A stretch of DNA of 64,000 nucleotides from an uncultured Holophagales bacterium (GTDB lineage: Bacteria; Acidobacteriota; Thermoanaerobaculia; Multivoradales; UBA5704). Both the position numbers and the translations under genes were made by a program. The stretch spans positions 1 through 64,000 of the forward strand of contig CAWJGT010000031.1 of assembly GCA_963842525.1 (NCBI GenBank), read 5' to 3'. Shown here piece after piece: positions 57,668-64,000 of this stretch. Each line of letters begins with the position of its first letter. The stretch's first letter is position 1. The notes under the pieces are model-generated. The model was not told where the DNA came from. It worked only from the letters and a program-made list of their open reading frames with translations, and did no database searches.

Positions 57668-58972
57668 ATGCCTCAGCCCGGTGGTTCCGCGACCCTTTAC
57701 GGCGTCCTCTACCAAGTCCTGACGAATCTGGACTGGGCGCTGAACGTCCGCATGCATGACGCCGTGGTCGATCAAGACGAGTTGCTGCAGGTCTGGCTGA
57801 CCCTTGAGCCGGAGGGAGGCGGAGGGGACTTTCGGGCCGAGTTGCACGGCCACCGGGTCGTTGTGCAGTGCAAGAGCCGGCGCACCCGAAGGGCATGGTC
57901 TCTCACCGACCTCGTCGAGGACATCCTTCCCGACCTCTACCTCGCGATAGGTCCACCGCCGTGGGATCTAGAGGAGGCCTTTGTGTTCCTCACCGAGGGT
58001 CGGTTGCAGAAGGACGTTCTCGCCCAACTTGTTCCAGAACCTGTTGTAGCGGCTCTACGCAGGCTCCCGAACATTGCTGCGAGTGAAGACGAGCCGACCA
58101 CGCGCCGCAAGGTCGACCACCTGCTCGGTCATTTCAGCATCAAACCCGAGGTCACCCTGGCCTCTCTTCAGGCTGACCGTCTGCGTCGACGATGTGCAGG
58201 ATGTCCGCGAAGCCGTAGAGCTGGCAGAGCTTCCCCTGGAAGGACTGGGGGATGCGCCTCGCCATGACGACCGCGCCGGGGGCCGCGCGTCGGCTCCAGG
58301 AGAGGGAGCTGCGCTTATTACGGTCCCGCCCTTCTCCCTTTCCGAGTTGAAGATGTACTTGGAGAGCATGGAGCGCGACTTTGCAAGCATCCCTCCCGAT
58401 GTCCTGCAGACCCTGCGTCTACCACTCCTCGCACGGATCTACCGCGAGATCACGGCATCCTAGCTGTTCGGGAAGACCAGACCTGGCGCCTGTGGCAGAT
58501 CGGCCGGGCCCTCCGCAAGCTGGACGATGGGGGAGTCTCTCATGACCTCCGAAGGCTGCTGCAGAGCTCCGAGTCCATAAAAAGGGCCCGGGCTGCGCAC
58601 CTTTGTGGCTGGATGGCTCCCGGCTGCCTTGCGGAGGAGCTGCGGCGGCATGCGGAAAGCGACCCATCGGATCATGTGCGGTTCTCCTGCCGCAGTGCCC
58701 TGCGGCGGCAACGGGATCAGGAGCACGTCCGGGAGCTTCTCGACGCTTTCGCCGCGACCGCCGGGCTTCGCCAGTGGAGCTACCTCGATGCCGCCCTCGA
58801 GGTCGGCGATCCAGTGCTTTTGTCCTGGCGCGGCGACCCGCTCCATATCTGGCCGGCCTTGGAAACCGCTGGACCGCGGTTTAGAGCCTATGCCCGGGGC
58901 CGTCTGGACGAGCGCTGGAAGGAGGTCCAGAAGGAGGCCCAGGATGCGGATCGGGACCACCGCTGGACCTGA
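57668..58972 (+). pseudogene. Decayed nuclease plus STAND/NACHT-like gene
   Basis: GG.AT..G..YQ and D...VQCK nuclease-like N-terminus; out-of-frame pieces VCVDD, VPPFS..EL..YL, LRLPLLA; broken frames. Confidence 0.5.
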
Positions 58973-59022
58973 ATGATTGAGGCAAAGCTACACCTTCCCT
59001 CGCCCAACGAATCGTCCTTTCG

Positions 59023-59298
59023 TCAGCGAGAGTGGAGCTCTTCCCGCAGCACCTGGCGCAGCGCCTCGATCGTGACCGGCGCAGACTCCGGAGCCAGCGT
59101 CGCGCGCAAAGTCGCGTTGATGAGGGTCTGATATCCCTTGCCCTCTTGCTCGGCACGAGCCCGAAACGCTGCCAGGACGTCATCGTCGATCAACATCGTG
59201 ATCCGGGTCTTCCCGCGGGCAGCTTCCGCTTGCAGCTTGGCCAGATGGGACACGTCTTTGGCGCGCTTGGCGCCGGTGAAGTCATATTCCTTGCGCAT
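59023..59298 (-). CDS. BrnA-family antitoxin
   Basis: MRKEYDF...KTRITMLIDDDVLAAF...GYQTLIN.TLR. Confidence 0.85.
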   Translation of the reverse strand: MRKEYDFTGAKRAKDVSHLAKLQAEAARGKTRITMLIDDDVLAAFRARAEQEGKGYQTLINATLRATLAPESAPVTIEALRQVLREELHSR

Positions 59299-59560
59299 AC
59301 TGTCTCTCCTCTCTACGGGTCGCCTGGCGAGCCGAGATCAGCCGGATCGTCTCTTCCTCGTCGCGCAGGGCATAGCACACCGTCAGCAGCCGCCATTCGC
59401 CGGACATTCCTACCAGCACGAAGCGCCTCTCCCCTTCGGCGTCCTCGTCTTCGCGCACCAGGGCCGACGGATCGAGCAGGCTTCCCGCCGCCTCGTCGAA
59501 AGACACGCCGTGCTTTTCGAGATTGGCCGCGGCCTTGGCCGGGTCGAATTCGACCTGCAC
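59282..59560 (-). CDS. BrnT-family toxin
   Basis: EFDPAKA.AN..KHGVSF.EA...IRLISARQAT..E...Y; GGAGG before GTG. Confidence 0.88.
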   Translation of the reverse strand: MQVEFDPAKAAANLEKHGVSFDEAAGSLLDPSALVREDEDAEGERRFVLVGMSGEWRLLTVCYALRDEEETIRLISARQATRREERQYAQGI

Positions 59561-59647
59561 ACCTCCATCATACATATGATATCTGCATGGATCAAGCATG
59601 GCCCCTGCCCCTTCCCCCCCGCCCCCGAAACCGCCAAGATACCCGCC

Positions 59648-61069
59648 ATGACACCCCCCGAGCCGGTCCGTGTTGCAGAGCCTATCCCCCAGCACCCCGA
59701 ATCCCGCCTCGTCCGCGGCCTCGGGGTGTGGGACGCCGCCCTGCTCACCATCGGCTCGGTGGTGGGGACCGGTATCTTCATTACGACCGGGGACATGGCG
59801 CGGGTGCTGCCGGACCCGTGGCTGATCCTCCTGGTATGGACGGCGGGAGGGCTGCTGACGTTGGCGGGAGCGCTCACCTATGCCGAGCTCGGCGTGCTCT
59901 TCCCGCGGGCCGGCGGGATGTACCACTACGTCAAGGAGGCGTACGGGCCTTTGTGGGGGTTCCTGTACGGCTGGATGGCCTTCCTGGTGATCATGTCGGG
60001 CGGCATCGCGGCCCTGGGCGTGGCGTTCGGCGAATACCTCGGGAGCTTCCTGCCGTTCTTCTCCACCCGCAACGTCCTGCTGTCCCTCCCGTTCGGAGGC
60101 TGGACGTGGTCGGTCAGCGGCGGCCAGATCGCGGCGGTCTTCGCCATCGTGGTGCTCACCGGGATCAACCACATCGGCCTCAAAGAGGGGGCCTGGGTGC
60201 AGAATGCGCTCACGGTCCTCAAGATCGGCTTGATCCTGGCCTTCGGCCTCCTCGGTCTGCTGGCGCCCGCGCCCGCGGCTTCGGCTTTCACGGAGCCGTC
60301 GCCCGGCGTGCCCACGGGCCTGCTGGCCGCTTTCGGCGTGGCGATGATCGCGGCGCTCTGGACCTATGACGGTTGGTACGGCCTCACCTGCTCGGCCGGC
60401 GAGGTGCGCAACCCCGGACGGACGCTGCCGCGCGGTTTAATCCTCGGCACCCTGGCGGTCCTCGGGCTCTACCTGCTGCTCAACCTGGTCTATCTGCGGG
60501 CCCTGCCCATCAGCGCCATGGCGGAGACGCCGCGCATCGGCGAGACGGCGGCGGCCACCCTTTTCGGACCGGGGGCGGCGCGGCTGGTCTCCCTGGCCGT
60601 CCTGATCTCGACGTTCGGTTGCATCTCGTCGACCATCCTCTACAGCTCGCGGATCTACCTGCCCATGGCGGCCGACGGCCTCTTCTTCCGGCCGCTCGCC
60701 GAGGTTCATCCGAGATACCGGACGCCGGTGCGGTGCCTGTGGGCCCAGAGCGCCTGGGCCGCGCTGCTGGCCCTCTCCGGCACCTACGAGCAGCTCTACA
60801 CCTACGTGGTCTTCGCCTCGGTCGTCTTCCATGCGGCCACGGCCGCCGCCGTCTTCGTCTTCCGCCGGCGCGCCCCCGACCTCCCGCGCCCCTACCGGAC
60901 CTGGGGCTACCCCCTCGTGCCGGCCCTCTTCATCCTCGCCTGCCTGCTGCTCATCGGGAACACCCTGGCCGAAAAGCCGGTCGAGTCGCTCCTCGGCGTC
61001 GGCCTCCTGGTGCTCGGCATCCCCGCCTTCCTGGTCTTCCGCGGCCGGTCGGCGAAGGCGCTTCCATAG
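59648..61069 (+). CDS. APC-family amino acid permease
   Basis: IGSVVGTGIF, YAEL...P.AGG.Y, YDGW, RPYRTWGYP. Confidence 0.9.
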   Translation: MTPPEPVRVAEPIPQHPESRLVRGLGVWDAALLTIGSVVGTGIFITTGDMARVLPDPWLILLVWTAGGLLTLAGALTYAELGVLFPRAGGMYHYVKEAYGPLWGFLYGWMAFLVIMSGGIAALGVAFGEYLGSFLPFFSTRNVLLSLPFGGWTWSVSGGQIAAVFAIVVLTGINHIGLKEGAWVQNALTVLKIGLILAFGLLGLLAPAPAASAFTEPSPGVPTGLLAAFGVAMIAALWTYDGWYGLTCSAGEVRNPGRTLPRGLILGTLAVLGLYLLLNLVYLRALPISAMAETPRIGETAAATLFGPGAARLVSLAVLISTFGCISSTILYSSRIYLPMAADGLFFRPLAEVHPRYRTPVRCLWAQSAWAALLALSGTYEQLYTYVVFASVVFHAATAAAVFVFRRRAPDLPRPYRTWGYPLVPALFILACLLLIGNTLAEKPVESLLGVGLLVLGIPAFLVFRGRSAKALP

Positions 61070-61170
61070 AAAATTTTCTCGTCTTCCTGCGTAGCCGGGT
61101 AGAATCGGGCGCCGATGTGTGGGCAAGGCTTGCTCACAGACATTCGTAACATGCTTTTGGAGGAATCTCC

Positions 61171-64000
<2,830 letters not shown>

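Overview
High-GC bacterial chromosomal window. The gene families (Acidobacterial-type VWA proteins, a GWxTD protein, wHTH-TPR regulators) suggest Acidobacteriota, possibly Thermoanaerobaculia; this is inference. Housekeeping content: mlaE/F/D-type ABC genes, a nucleotide-sugar operon, folE, a Fur-family regulator with a znuACB-like transporter, yqeY-selB, a long GreA, ECF sigma/anti-sigma, gatC-gatA-amidase, a tRNA nucleotidyltransferase, pilT-like ATPase, lexA-ogt, an APC permease and a VPS10/BNR hydrolase. Accessory highlights: (i) a tandemly duplicated cassette of an HTH-TPR regulator plus a convergent small peptide gene with repeated DAGCxxDPxG(x)C motifs, next to two stand-alone zinc-finger microproteins (best candidate for an undescribed peptide-signalling system); (ii) an adenylate-forming enzyme overlapping a SIR2-like gene beside hicBA; (iii) an 8 x 62-bp palindromic array next to an rsmE fragment; (iv) a REP-like repeat that twice supplies a stop/start codon overlap; (v) two putative sRNAs; (vi) tcmP-DUF5131 behind lexA-ogt, a decayed nuclease-STAND gene and brnTA. 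Several frameshifts in conserved genes look like assembly indel errors. No rRNA, tRNA, CRISPR array or transposase was recognised. All family calls come from motif recognition by eye, not database searches.
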